A stretch of 38,700 nt of DNA from Cyanophora paradoxa CCMP329 (taxonomy: Eukaryota > Plantae > Glaucophyta): NCBI GenBank assembly GCA_004431415.1, contig QPMI01000074.1, positions 1-38,700 on the forward strand, read 5' to 3'. Below the pieces are notes generated by a model. That model worked only from the letters and a program-made list of their open reading frames with translations, was not told the origin of the DNA and ran no database searches. Below are positions 20,601 through 30,624 of the stretch, piece after piece. The translations under genes were made by a program, and so were the position numbers. Every line of letters starts with the position of its first letter. Position 1 is the stretch's first letter.

Positions 20601-21000
20601 CGCCCACGGCCGGCGCGCACGCACTCGCAGGTTCCCGGCCGCAGGTCCGCCGGCCGGCGCGCACCCTCAGGGCCTGGTTCCGGATCCGGCGCTTCGGATC
20701 CGGCCCGCGGCCCGCGGCGCTCCGCGGATCCGGATCCCGCGCGAGGTGCAGCGCCGCGCCGCGCCGACGAGCCGCCGATCTACAACCCGGTCTGCAGTGC
20801 AGACGCTGCGACGAGCGAGCGGCGATCAGCCCTGCGACGCGCGCGTGGCGCCTAGATCTAGAGCCTCGGAGCTAGCCCGGCTAGCCGCGACGTCGACGTT
20901 GTCGCTAATGGCGCCCGGCGGCCGGCATGCGCGCGCTAGCGACACCGGGTCCGGAGCCCAGCGCTAGCCCCGGTCGCGACCCAGGACGGATTGCAAAGGG
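17629..21000 (-). mobile_element. Non-autonomous or degenerate retroelement (gag only; boundaries uncertain)
   Basis: Gag-like ORF, a very GC-rich upstream region and AATAAA on the minus strand near 20320. No pol motifs found downstream. Confidence 0.4.
19056..20224 (-). CDS. gag: Gag-like protein with a CCHC zinc knuckle (retroelement)
   Basis: CDECKSGSHNTAVC = CX2CX4HX4C; helical capsid-like core (SWVESLE, SWAQIREQLL); Pro/Ala-rich N-terminus. The probable ATG at 20224 (MAPSTR) is one frameshift away from the ORF. Confidence 0.72.
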
Positions 21001-21545
21001 GTGTATACGCATCTTTAAGCAACGCGTAGGCGCGATGGCGCTGGCGGCAGCGTCCGCTCACCCGCGATAGGTTGCGCCGAGCGGGAAGGGGTTGGACGAA
21101 TGCGCGAAACGGTTCTGGTCAGCGCACGGCGACTTCTGCAGGCACAGCGACTATGCGCATCAAAAGAACGCGAGGCGAAGCTCGCTCGGCCAGCTCGCAG
21201 AGCCAGCGTTCGCGTTTGAGCAGCCCCCAAGTTGTTGAGCTAGAAATCCCCCATTCCGGTGCCCTAGGGGTGGCACGGGATTCTAGACAACAGGTTTATA
21301 GAGTGACTCTGACCTGCAGTGAGTGCAAGACCGGCCCCAGCGTGATGCAGGTTCAGCAGTATGACAGTACTCGTAGATTTGATCCGACAGAGTTTCACTA
21401 CTCTAGTCTCTCTACTAGGCCGATCTCCGGGAATGGCAAAATCCCTCTCAACACGCACGCGCCGGGCTCTTGAAGCCCTCACGCTGTCGTCCGAAGCTCT
21501 CATGATCAGATCATATGATCCGGTCAGACGGCTCAGACATATGAA

Positions 21546-21620
21546 AAGCGAGCCGCTGGATTCGAACCCGAGTCTCTAAGTACGCCGAAGCGAACTGCCG
21601 GAATTGAACCCGGGTCTCTA
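21546..21620 (-). other. Two tandem tRNA-like 3' halves (B-box GGTTCRA.TCC)
   Basis: Minus strand tagagacccgggttcaattccggcagttcgctt and tagagactcgggttcgaatccagcggctcgctttt; no full cloverleaf. Confidence 0.4.
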
Positions 21621-21701
21621 CGAACGGCAAATTCTCTAAGGCTGCAGCCGCCTAAGATTTCGCCCGCGACAATTTACATCACTATGCGTCGATTTACATC
21701 A

Positions 21702-22295
21702 CTAGTACTCACTCAAAACCTTCAAGGCCAAGGGAGTGAATCTGGATGTCTTGCTCCGCGGCCGCGGCCGGCTCCCAGAAGCTTGTTTCCCTGCCCGGCC
21801 AAGACGCTTAAGAGATTTATTGGCAATATTTAATGCCATGATGATATCGGTCGGGCAATTTGATGCCCGTGAAAACATGTACACTGACCGAATAAAGAGG
21901 CGCTCGAGGGAGGGAGAGCAAGCGCTCAGTAGGCAGCGGAAGGCCGACAAGGGCACCTGCAGGCCCGAGAGGTCGAGGTGGCAGAGGCGGGGCAAGGAGA
22001 ATCCGTTGGGAAGGTTCTCGAGCCCGGCGAGGGGCCAGAAAGATTCAGGGCCATGCGCAAACGCATCGATTATGGGCTTAAGGTTGGCGCCAGCGAGGGA
22101 GAGGTGGGTGAGGTTCGGGCAATGCTCGAGAATGTCCACCAGGCAGTTCAGGCGATCTTTGATCCTTTCGACGCCGACGTCGAATCTGACGCGGCCGAGG
22201 TGCAGTCGCTTGAAGCGCTCGCCGAACTTGACGCTCAGCTGCAAGACGTCCAGTATTGTTCCGCGCTTGCTCTGCAAAAGCATAATTATAAGCAA
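21702..22295 (-). CDS. Leucine-rich repeat (F-box/LRR, RNI-like) protein fragment, probably host-type
   Basis: CPNLTHLSLAG, LPRLCHLDLSGL and SPSLERLFI repeats. Confidence 0.55.
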   Translation of the reverse strand: MLIIMLLQSKRGTILDVLQLSVKFGERFKRLHLGRVRFDVGVERIKDRLNCLVDILEHCPNLTHLSLAGANLKPIIDAFAHGPESFWPLAGLENLPNGFSLPRLCHLDLSGLQVPLSAFRCLLSACSPSLERLFIRSVYMFSRASNCPTDIIMALNIANKSLKRLGRAGKQASGSRPRPRSKTSRFTPLALKVLSEY

Positions 22296-22829
22296 AATTA
22301 AAGAATCCAGGTCTCGAAAATAGATATTCGACGAAATATTCGACGTTGATATTCAAAAAATTAAAAATAGATCTAAAGATATTCGACGTTGATATAAATT
22401 CGAAGCGGAGCCGGAAAGTTGTGCGTTGAAGAAGATCGCGCAGCTGCAGCATCGATATATATATATATATATGAGGGCCATCAATGGGCCAAACGCGAAA
22501 AGTCAACTCCGAGAGCTCGAGACTCGGAAGTGACGCTTGGATTGCGGAGGTTCTTATAACCGCCGCAACAGCTGTGGGGGTACCCCCTCCGAGGCTGGCG
22601 ATCGCGGCGATCACGACCCTGGTGATCGCGACTTTCTCCCGATCGCGACCCTTTTCGATCGCGATTTCGAGATCGGGGGCATTTCTGCGATCGCGAGAAA
22701 GGAAAAATCGGAAAAGGCCGAAAAGTGCCGTTTTCACGCGTGAAATCGATCGAAAACGAGGGTTCGAATCCCGGGCCCGGATTTGGACTTGGTCAGAATC
22801 TCGAGTCAAAATGGGAGAAAAATGTGACC

Positions 22830-22910
22830 TGGGACTTGGGACTTGGGACTTGGGACTTGGGACTTGGGACTTGGGACTTGGGAAGAGTTGGAATCAGAGT
22901 CTGGACTCAA
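22830..22910 (+). repeat. (TGGGACT)7 array plus conserved tail GGAAGAGTT..CAG.GTCTGG (cassette A)
   Basis: 7 units at 22830-22878. Confidence 0.95.
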
Positions 22911-22939
22911 AACGGGGAAATTTTCGGAGGGGGAGAAAA

Positions 22940-23409
22940 ATGTCAGGCAATCTCTATTACGATTTCCCCTTTGAGTTGCATATGGCATTCGAGAGGCTGC
23001 GCGAGTTCTGGCGTTGGCACCTCACAGGACATGACATTCCCGACATAACACCAGAGCCCAACACACAGGGCGTGCTTGAAGTCATCCGTCAATATCCGCG
23101 TCGATTCAATGAATGGATCGAGTTCCACGCAACGAACCGTTTCCAGAGTCTCCCCGAGGCCATACGCGAAAATTTCGTGAGGCTGGTGGGACCAGGCTAC
23201 GACAACCCTAACAATCATAGACCACGCCCAGCTGGCGTGACGCGCGAAGCTCGAGAAGACCGTAGACTTTTCCGCAGGGAATTGAGAGAGGATAGACGGA
23301 GGCTTTCAATGGGGCTCCCGCAGATTGTGAGGGGTACAGCCCGGATTACGAGACTTACCAAGAATTGTACGGCTTCGAAAATCCCTTTGAGAGGGTACTA
23401 CCAGGGTGA
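22940..23409 (+). CDS. Hypothetical protein (frameshift near the C-terminus)
   Basis: AAAAATG start MSGNLYYDF; reframed end PDYETYQELYGFENPFERVLPG*. Confidence 0.55.
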
Positions 23410-23744
23410 GGGCCAGGGGGGCCCTGAGGGTGTACCCCCCATCCGAGACTCGACCTTCGGCGGACGCACTCGGGCAATTTCCGTCAGGCCGGCTCCTTTT
23501 TCTGTCTTCGGTCCAACGCTAAATTTGGCTTTTTCAGGCCAGTTGGCAACGTTTTCCGTTGCGAACTAGCCCAGGAAAAAATTCGCCCACAAAACCGCGG
23601 TCCGCCGCCATTTTGCCTCACTCTTGAAACGGGTTCGCCGCCTTCTCTCAGCCCAAGGAAACCCTGCCTCTCCGAATTTTCACAAGTCCGCCCTCACAGT
23701 CACCTCACGTTTTGCCTTTGCTGATTTCTTTTCCCTTTGCGCAG

Positions 23745-24811
23745 ATGTCGATTCCCGCTGAGCTTGCCGAGGACTTCGCCTTTGTCCAAGCAACGTGGGC
23801 TAACTCCGGTGGCACTCAAGGGGCTACCCCTGAGATGGAGCAGCGCGCCGACGCTCTGGGGTACATCTACAATTATGCCATCTTACGCGCCACTGGCCCG
23901 AAGTGCAACTTCTCCCCAAGTCCGCCTTCACGTCCAAGGCCAAGAAATCCAAGTCCAAGCAACCCAAGCCCGAGCCCCCCGTCGACGTGCCCCCGTCCCC
24001 GGCTGGGTCAAGACCGCCAACGGCTGGGGCGACCCCAAGCTTTTCGCCGAGTCTGCTGCCGAGACGCTCGCCTGGGCCTACCCCCTCAAGTCTTCACGAA
24101 TTACCCCCTCCGTCATCGTCGTCATCTGCCCCTCAGCCCGTCGCCGAGCCCGCCCCCGAGCCCGCCGATGACGCCAAGTCCGAGGCCTCTGACGTCGAGT
24201 CTGACATCAACGACTTCATCGACTTTGACGTGCCGATTCCATACGACTCTGAGTCGTCTTCTGACTCTGAAGGCGACAACGAAAACCCGACTCGCAAGCG
24301 CCGCATTATCAAGACCAAGTCAATCGTCAAGAAGAAGTTCATGGAGACTACGTCATTCACCGACAACTCCGAGCGCGTCAAGGACCCCGCCAAGGCACAC
24401 GAGAAGGACTTGAAGCTCGGCGCCGGCATTGCCCGTTCTCGCGTGACGTCACACTACAGCGAGCGCCTGACTCAGCACGTCAAGACCATTGAGAAGCGCG
24501 TCCTCTGCAACGAGCTCCGCAAGGAGTTGGAGCGCAAGCGGCGCCACGAGCGCCTTGTCCAGTACCAGATCAACAAGGCGCGGATCGCCGAGCGCAAGCA
24601 GAAGGAGGCGGCCGAGCTCAAGGCGCGCATCGAGGCTCAGCAGCAGCGCGAGGCAGAGGCGGCAGCGGCCTTGGCGGCGCAGCGCGAGCGCGAGCGGCAG
24701 GACTTGGTGCAGGCAGCGCAGTCCCTTCCCCGCATTCCCCTTAAGTCGGCGCCCGAGGGCCTCATTGAGTTGGTTTCCGATGACGATGACTCTGACTTTG
24801 AGATGCTGTAA
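23745..24811 (+). CDS. Hypothetical protein, Pro-rich and acidic middle, coiled-coil C-terminus (frameshifted)
   Basis: MSIPAELAEDF start joins ORF 23903-24811; strong GC3 codon bias. Confidence 0.6.
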
Positions 24812-24884
24812 ATAGTATTGCGTCATTCCATTGTACATACTTGTAAAAATTGGCCGACTATTCAGTTACGACTTGGCGCGATCC

Positions 24885-25000
24885 TGGGACTTGGGACTTG
24901 GACTTGGGACTTGGGACTTGGGACTTGGGACTTGGGAAGAGTTAGACTCAGGGTCTGGGCCCAGAATCTCTCTGGATCTGAGAGTTTGCCGCGCCAAGTC
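24885..25000 (+). repeat. (TGGGACT)7 array plus conserved tail (cassette B)
   Basis: 24885-24932 (one unit is 6 bp), followed by ggaagagttagactcagggtctgggcccaga...caagtc. Confidence 0.95.
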
Positions 25001-25222
25001 CCTAACCACCGGGCAGACATGTAGAGGGGTACGGAAATCTGCATATGACGTTTCTGGTGACATTCCAGGTGAGATTTCAAGCGAGGTAGAGTCTGAACTG
25101 GTGTACGACTTGTAGCATGATACTGGACATGAAAGCTCACGAGAGTATGCAACCGAAAACGGATGTGAAGAGGGTAGGAGTTTTCGTGTGAGATGTCGAG
25201 AGAAGGAGGGTACGAGATGGGA

Positions 25223-25269
25223 TACGAGTAAAAAAGACTACGAGTAAAAAAGACTACGAGTAAAAAAGA
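25223..25269 (+). repeat. 16-bp tandem repeat TACGAGTAAAAAAGAC x3
   Basis: Copies start at 25223, 25239 and 25255, inside the B/C inverted cassette. Confidence 0.85.
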
Positions 25270-25315
25270 GTATGAGGAGTGGTAGGAGTAAAAAAGTCGG
25301 TAGAAAAACTCACCT

Positions 25316-25461
25316 GACTTGTCTGACAAATTTCTGATCCTGGAGAAAGTCTGGGCCGGGACCTGGGTTTCAACTCTTCCCAAGTCCCAAGTCCCAAGTC
25401 CCAAGTCCCAAGTCCCAAGTCCCAAGTCCCAAGTCCCAAGTCCCAAGTCCCAAGTCCCAGG
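25316..25461 (-). repeat. (TGGGACT)11 array plus conserved tail, inverted relative to B (cassette C)
   Basis: agtccca x11 at 25383-25459; minus-strand tail ggaagagttgaaacccaggtcccggcccaga...caagtc. Confidence 0.95.
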
Positions 25462-25482
25462 TTTTTCTGAACCTAGGGCAAA

Positions 25483-25847
25483 ATGGCCCTGCTCCGGTGC
25501 ACCGACTCGCAAGACGTCGCCTACAACGTCCTGGTCAACTCGGACGTACCCCCGAGTGCCTTGGAGTTTCCCTGGAGAGTGGACAGGGACAGGGTGAGCA
25601 AGACGTTTGGAGGGCGCAAGCACTACCTCTCCCAGCTGATCCTCGGGAAGTCGCCACGTGGACGCTACGTGGAACACATCAACGGCAACCCGCTGGACTA
25701 CAGGAGGGAGAACCTGCGCTGGGCATCAATGTCGGAGATTCGCAAGAAGAGGAGGGGTACGCCAATTTACAGGAGAAGAGCGAGGAGATTCGGGAGATGA
25801 TGGAGGCGACACAGGTGCTAATGCAGCTTAGCCAGTCTAGACGCTAG
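25483..25847 (+). CDS. HNH endonuclease-like protein (HNH_3 type), probably degenerate
   Basis: YLSQLILG..VEHINGNPLDYRRENLRWAS. Ends at 25800, or at 25847 after a frameshift. Confidence 0.7.
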
Positions 25848-26649
25848 TGGTGTGAATCTTGGTGTCGTACTCGCGACCGACCGTTTCCCAGGCCACGTAA
25901 ACTTCGGCTCCGGCGCCTGGCGCTGTCGAGTTGGTAGTCGCAGTCGTGTAGTCCGCCTCTGCCTCAATTAGTTCGGCCATGAGGGTAGAGCCCACGACCA
26001 TTCCAGAGGTAGGCATTCCGGCGATGTTGTTGTACAATTTGAAAGTGAATTTCGTGAAGAGGAGCCGGGGCCAGACCTGGGTACGGGGATTCGAGGCGCC
26101 GTATGAATAATCGGTACCCGAGGCGCCGCCCGTGGTGGCATTCGTCATCATCTCCTTTGCGGTCATCTTCCAGAGGTTGTACATCTCAAAGGGAACGGCC
26201 TGCGTGGTCTTGTGTGTGGCATCGATGAGGGCGCCATCTAAATGCGTTTTGATGTTCGGATTCGCACCATTCCCGAATTTGCGAGTGAGGGCGGTGTTAG
26301 CGGTGAACTTGAGTTCGAGCACGCGAATGGCGGGCCGATCAGGCACAGAGGGCTCTATCTTTTTCAGGAGGCCCGAGAGCCAGAGCGCCTCCGCCTCATC
26401 CGCGCTCACGCCCGAGTCGATGTCAAAGTACACGTACACGGAGCAGGAGGCGGGATTCTCGAAATCGTTGGAGGTGACGCGCAACATGACGGGATTCTGG
26501 ACCCTCACGGTGAGCGGGGTGGCGTAGTTTCCGTCCCACTCCACCTTGTCCGTCCCTGCGTTGGCCACGTTCCCAGCGTTGCCGTAGAAATCGGGGACGA
26601 TCGAGCCGGCAGACACGGTCTTCACGATGGTGGCCGAGGTGGTCGGCAT
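25837..26649 (-). CDS. Hypothetical beta-rich protein (putative virion protein), paralog 1
   Basis: Intact 270 aa; shares QNPV, YFD, SGLLKK and LELKF with the next gene. Confidence 0.7.
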   Translation of the reverse strand: MPTTSATIVKTVSAGSIVPDFYGNAGNVANAGTDKVEWDGNYATPLTVRVQNPVMLRVTSNDFENPASCSVYVYFDIDSGVSADEAEALWLSGLLKKIEPSVPDRPAIRVLELKFTANTALTRKFGNGANPNIKTHLDGALIDATHKTTQAVPFEMYNLWKMTAKEMMTNATTGGASGTDYSYGASNPRTQVWPRLLFTKFTFKLYNNIAGMPTSGMVVGSTLMAELIEAEADYTTATTNSTAPGAGAEVYVAWETVGREYDTKIHTTSV

Positions 26650-26672
26650 TTTGCGACCTCAAATGAGAAAGA

Positions 26673-27350
26673 TTATCCGTGAAAGAGGGTGATGTCGCCA
26701 CCGATGTTCATGACGCGGGCCCAGGCACAGAGTCAGCGTCGGTGCCGTACGCGTAGGAAATCGAGCACTCACGCAGCTCCGCGCAGAGGCTGGCGCCCGT
26801 GCTGAAGTGGGGCTGGTCGGCGGCGTAGGAGAGGGGAAGACCTGGAACCTGAAAAAGGTGAAGGGGAAGCGGGGTAGAGTCGAGCCGCGTGGGTTGCCGC
26901 CCGTGTAGAGGGCCCCAGGGTCGCGGGACTTGGATTGAATTTCGTGAAGAGCACGTCGCCCTTGAGCGTACCCCTCATCTGGTAAGTTCCCGTACCCGGA
27001 AGATTCGAAGAACTGGGGTACCGGTTCACGGTGGGGCCGTACCCCGTCTCCCTGAACTTGACCTCGAGACAGCGCAAGACGTTGGCAGTGGCCGTGGCAG
27101 GTGCCACCTTTTTCACGAGTCCTGATTCGTGCAGCAGCTCGATAACCTCTGCGCTGAGGCTCAGAGGGTCGAAGAAGAGCTGGTAGGAATAAATCTTGGG
27201 CGTGGCGTAGGCGTTCTGAACGACCTGAATCACGACGGGATTCTGCAGAAAGACGTCGACGTAACTGCCGGAGGGTATGCGTGCGAAATCCTTGGTGTTG
27301 TTGCCAACGTCAAGTGAGCCGCTGAGGGTCTGGTACCAGTTGGAAGTCAT
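26673..27350 (-). CDS. Hypothetical protein, paralog 2 (frameshifted C-terminus)
   Basis: LQNPVVIQV, FFD, SGLVKKV, LEVKF, LFTKF; reframed end AWARVMNIGGDITLFHG*. Confidence 0.65.
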
Positions 27351-27388
27351 TTACCCCGGGCAGATATTTTTTCGGATCGTAGAGGAAA

Positions 27389-29519
27389 ATGCCCCGCTTC
27401 GTATTCGTGAAAAAGCAGGTGGTGCAGGCTCCGCAGTATGGCGTGGAGCCGATCTCGCTGACTGTGGGCAGGCCCCAGGTGCGATCGGGCTCCGTGCTCA
27501 ACAACGGAACAGTACGTACGGCTTTCAGCTGAACTGGGTCGCGGTCACCAACGCCGTCAAGTACAAGGTGTACAGGGCGACCAGCATCAACGGCCCCTGG
27601 GATCTCGTGGCCACGGTGAATGCGCCAACCGTCACCTACACGGACTCTCCTTTAGTTTGGGGCCCAGCGACTCTACCGCGTGGCGGCGGTTCGCGAACAG
27701 GGCAGCAGCAGCACGGGCTCTGATGGCAAAGCCCCGCCCACAACCTACGCACAGTCGCTTCTCTACACCCACGAGGGTGCCATGAGCAATTACATTCTCT
27801 TCCAAGGCATAGGCGGCTTCAGCCCGCAGATCGAAGCCTACACCACGCTCACGACCGCCACGGCCCAGACCTACGGCGATTTTATTGCCGGGGCGGCCCC
27901 GCGTCTTCGGGCTTCCCGAAACCCGCCATAGTCGTCACAATCAACTGGGTGGCCATGGAGGGCGCGGACTCGATTCGAATTTACAGGAACGGTACGCCAA
28001 TCGGATTTGCGAGCAGTGCCCTGTCTACCTCGTACATTGACGATAGCACTGCTCTTACGTGGGGCACGGAATACTCTTACCAGGTGGCCGGCATCGTGGG
28101 CGGTGTCGAATACGACAAGTCCGATCCGCTCCTGGTCTGGACTATGCCAAACGCCCCACGAACGTGACGGCATCAGCACCCAACGACCAGCAGCAGCCTG
28201 TCAGCCTCAGCTGGACTGCGTCCACGGGAGCGACGGGATACAAGATTTACAGAGACGGGGCCTACCTCACAGACTCCGCGACCAACTCCTACAGCGACAC
28301 GACCACCGTCTGGGGTACAGGGTACGAGTACCAGATCTCCGCGACGAACACGGGAGGGGAGGGGCCGAAGAGTATTGCGGCGTACGTCACCACGGACCCG
28401 GGGCGCCCACTGGGCTCACTGCAACCCCCGCGGCGGGGCAGCACAGCCTGTTGTGCTCGAGTGGTCGGTGCCGGTGACGGGCGTCACCGTCTCCTACAAC
28501 ATCTACAGGGTGGCGTGTTCCTTGCCAGCGACACGAGCAGCCCCTTTTCGGACACAACGACCGTTTACGGAACCACTTACACTTACACCATCAAGGGCGT
28601 CAACCAGATCGGCGAGGAAGGCCCTCAGTCCTCGTCTGCCAGTGCAACAACTGCAAACGCTCCTGTTTTGGGTACATTCTCCTACACCGGGGCCGACCAG
28701 ACTTTCGTAGTACCAACGGGGACTGTGGCTGTGCGTGTCATCGTATGGGCGGCCGGGGTGGAGGCGGAGAACGCGCAGGTACGGGGGTCCGTGGAGGCGC
28801 GGGTGCTTGCGTAGTTGGTACATTGGCTGTGTCCTCGGGGGAGACGCTCATCCTTGTTGTTGGATGCGGCGGCCCAAAGGGTGTATCGGGGACTGCCACT
28901 GCTACCGTCTACGGAGGTGGTGGAAGGGGCTGGAGCCATAGCGTCGATCCGGAGTACAAAAACGGCGCCGGTGGTGGTCGTTCTGCAATTCAGCGCGTTG
29001 CAGGGACCGACTTGGTTGTTGCAGGGGCCGGAGGTGGGGGTACATGTGATTCGAATGGCGGCGGGGGAGTAGGCGGGGGTTGACCGGTGGTGCGGCTGGG
29101 TTGGTTGGAGTAACCGGAGAGATACCGGCTCAAGGAGGCACCCAAACCGCTGGCGGAGCCGGTGTTGTGGCCTCAGGGCCAGGCCCAGCAACCCGGGAAC
29201 TTTGCGCCAAGGTGGAGAGACTGGGCCTGATTCAAGCGGCTACAGGTTCGGTGGTGGTGGTGGTGGTGGTTACTTCGGTGGAGGCTCTGGGTCCAGCAGG
29301 AGCGGAGTGTCAGAGAACCCAATAGCAAGAATGTTTGGAGGTGGCGGTGGCTCGAGCTACATAGGAAACTTGACGGATGCTACGGTGTATCCTGGGTCCG
29401 GCCAGGTGGCAGGAAATAGCGGAGACGCTCACTACGCAGCAGGCATTGGTAGGGGCGGCAACGGTGGCTCGTCTTTCAGCGACGGTGGCAACGGTCGAAT
29501 TGTGATACTCGCGGTGTAG
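27389..29519 (+). CDS. Fibronectin type III repeat protein with a C-terminal glycine-rich domain (~700 aa, multiple frameshifts)
   Basis: About 4 repeats of L.W....Y.IYR.G......Y.D....GT.Y.Y.I, then FSYTGADQTFVVP..VRVIVW, poly-Gly GGGGGGYFGGG, GGGGSSY and GGNGRIVI. Confidence 0.75.
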
Positions 29520-29539
29520 TTATTCCTAGTTGTTCCAGA

Positions 29540-30600
29540 TCAGCTCGCCAGTGCCGCTACCTGGTCTTTGAGAGTTTGAACTTCTTGTGAAAGTTCCTGA
29601 ATTGCCTTCAACGACAGGGAAATGAGCCTGTCGTAGTTTACCCCGAGAAATCCATCCGCGTTCTCGAAAACGAGACTCGGGAAGACGCCTTGGACTTCCT
29701 GTGCGATGAGACCGTAATCCGTTTTCGAACCCCCCGAGGATGTGTTCTTCCAGGTGAACGACACGGGATTCAGCTGCAGCAGAAGAGGGAGAATGCCCGA
29801 CATGCTCGCGACATTTTCTTTCAGGCGGCTATCGCTCGACGAGTTTGTCAGGTATCCTTGAGCATCCGAATAAACGGCTCGGTTTCCATCGCCCGTGAGC
29901 GTCGAGACGATGAGCCGACCCGTGATGCCAACGCCGACGGTTCCGCACAGCAGTCGTTCGGTGCCGTTGTTTCTCAAGGATAGACCAGAGCTGACGCTTC
30001 CGCTATCAACGATTGAAGTGTTTGCTATGCTTAGGCCATTAGTAGGGCCTTCGATTGCCGAGGTAAATAGAGTACCTGTAACACCAACGCCAAGAGTCCC
30101 ACAGAGGAGTCTATCGTTTTCGTTGTACTTTATAGCTACGCCTGAACCACCGCCATTTATGTACGGTGACGTTCCGGTAATTTGCAGCTTATCGTCCAAT
30201 GTAACGATGCCCGCCAAGTTTGAAGCCCCGCTCACCCTAAGCCCCCCACCACGTTTGCTCCGCCTCCTTGCACATACAGAGCCGCATTCCCCTCCCCGTT
30301 CACAGTCCCATTAAAGGTCACCTGATTCGTGGTGTACCCGCTCCCGTCCCAGGCCCCGTTCGTGACGGTGAGCCTCTGCGTCCTCACGCGCCCCGGCACG
30401 GCCGACCCGCCCTCCCGCGTGCGCATCTTGTCGCAGCGCAGCTCGCCGACGCGGACGAGGTCGGCCTCGGAAAAGGGGACGGCCGTGGCGTTGTAGGGGG
30501 CCTCGGTGGCCTGGTTTCCGAGGGTGGTCTCCTTAATCGTGTGATCGCCCTTGTGATTCACGCTGGCAGCATAGGTAAATAGAGGGACAGCGACCGACAT
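29540..30600 (-). CDS. Fibre/spike protein with a C-terminal intramolecular chaperone (Peptidase S74-like) domain; one frameshift at ~30235
   Basis: SSDSRLKENV..LNPVSFTW..GLIAQEV..FPSLV..VNYDRL..KAIQEL then a coiled coil. Restoring one G joins ORF 30232-30600 (LGVSGASN). Confidence 0.85.
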
Positions 30601-30624
30601 TTTTGGATTGCATCAGAAAATCGA

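Noticed and set aside
20279-21230. Arg/Ala/Pro-rich ORFs on both strands
   Set aside because: A by-product of very high GC content; no domain signal.
21546-21660. Functional tRNA gene
   Set aside because: Only T-arm-like halves are present; no convincing acceptor, D or anticodon stems, and the T stems are imperfect.
22598-22695. Cyanobacterial HIP1 (GCGATCGC) signature
   Set aside because: Only a local cluster, not dispersed through the window.
22830-25459. True telomere or chromosome end
   Set aside because: The arrays are short, internal, in both orientations and have fixed flanks; the host telomere motif is unknown.
22484-25677. ORFs containing WDLGLGT / PKSQVPS repeats (22484-23569 N-terminus, 22725, 24818, 24831, 24862, 25254, 25319)
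   Set aside because: They are translations of the non-coding heptamer arrays.
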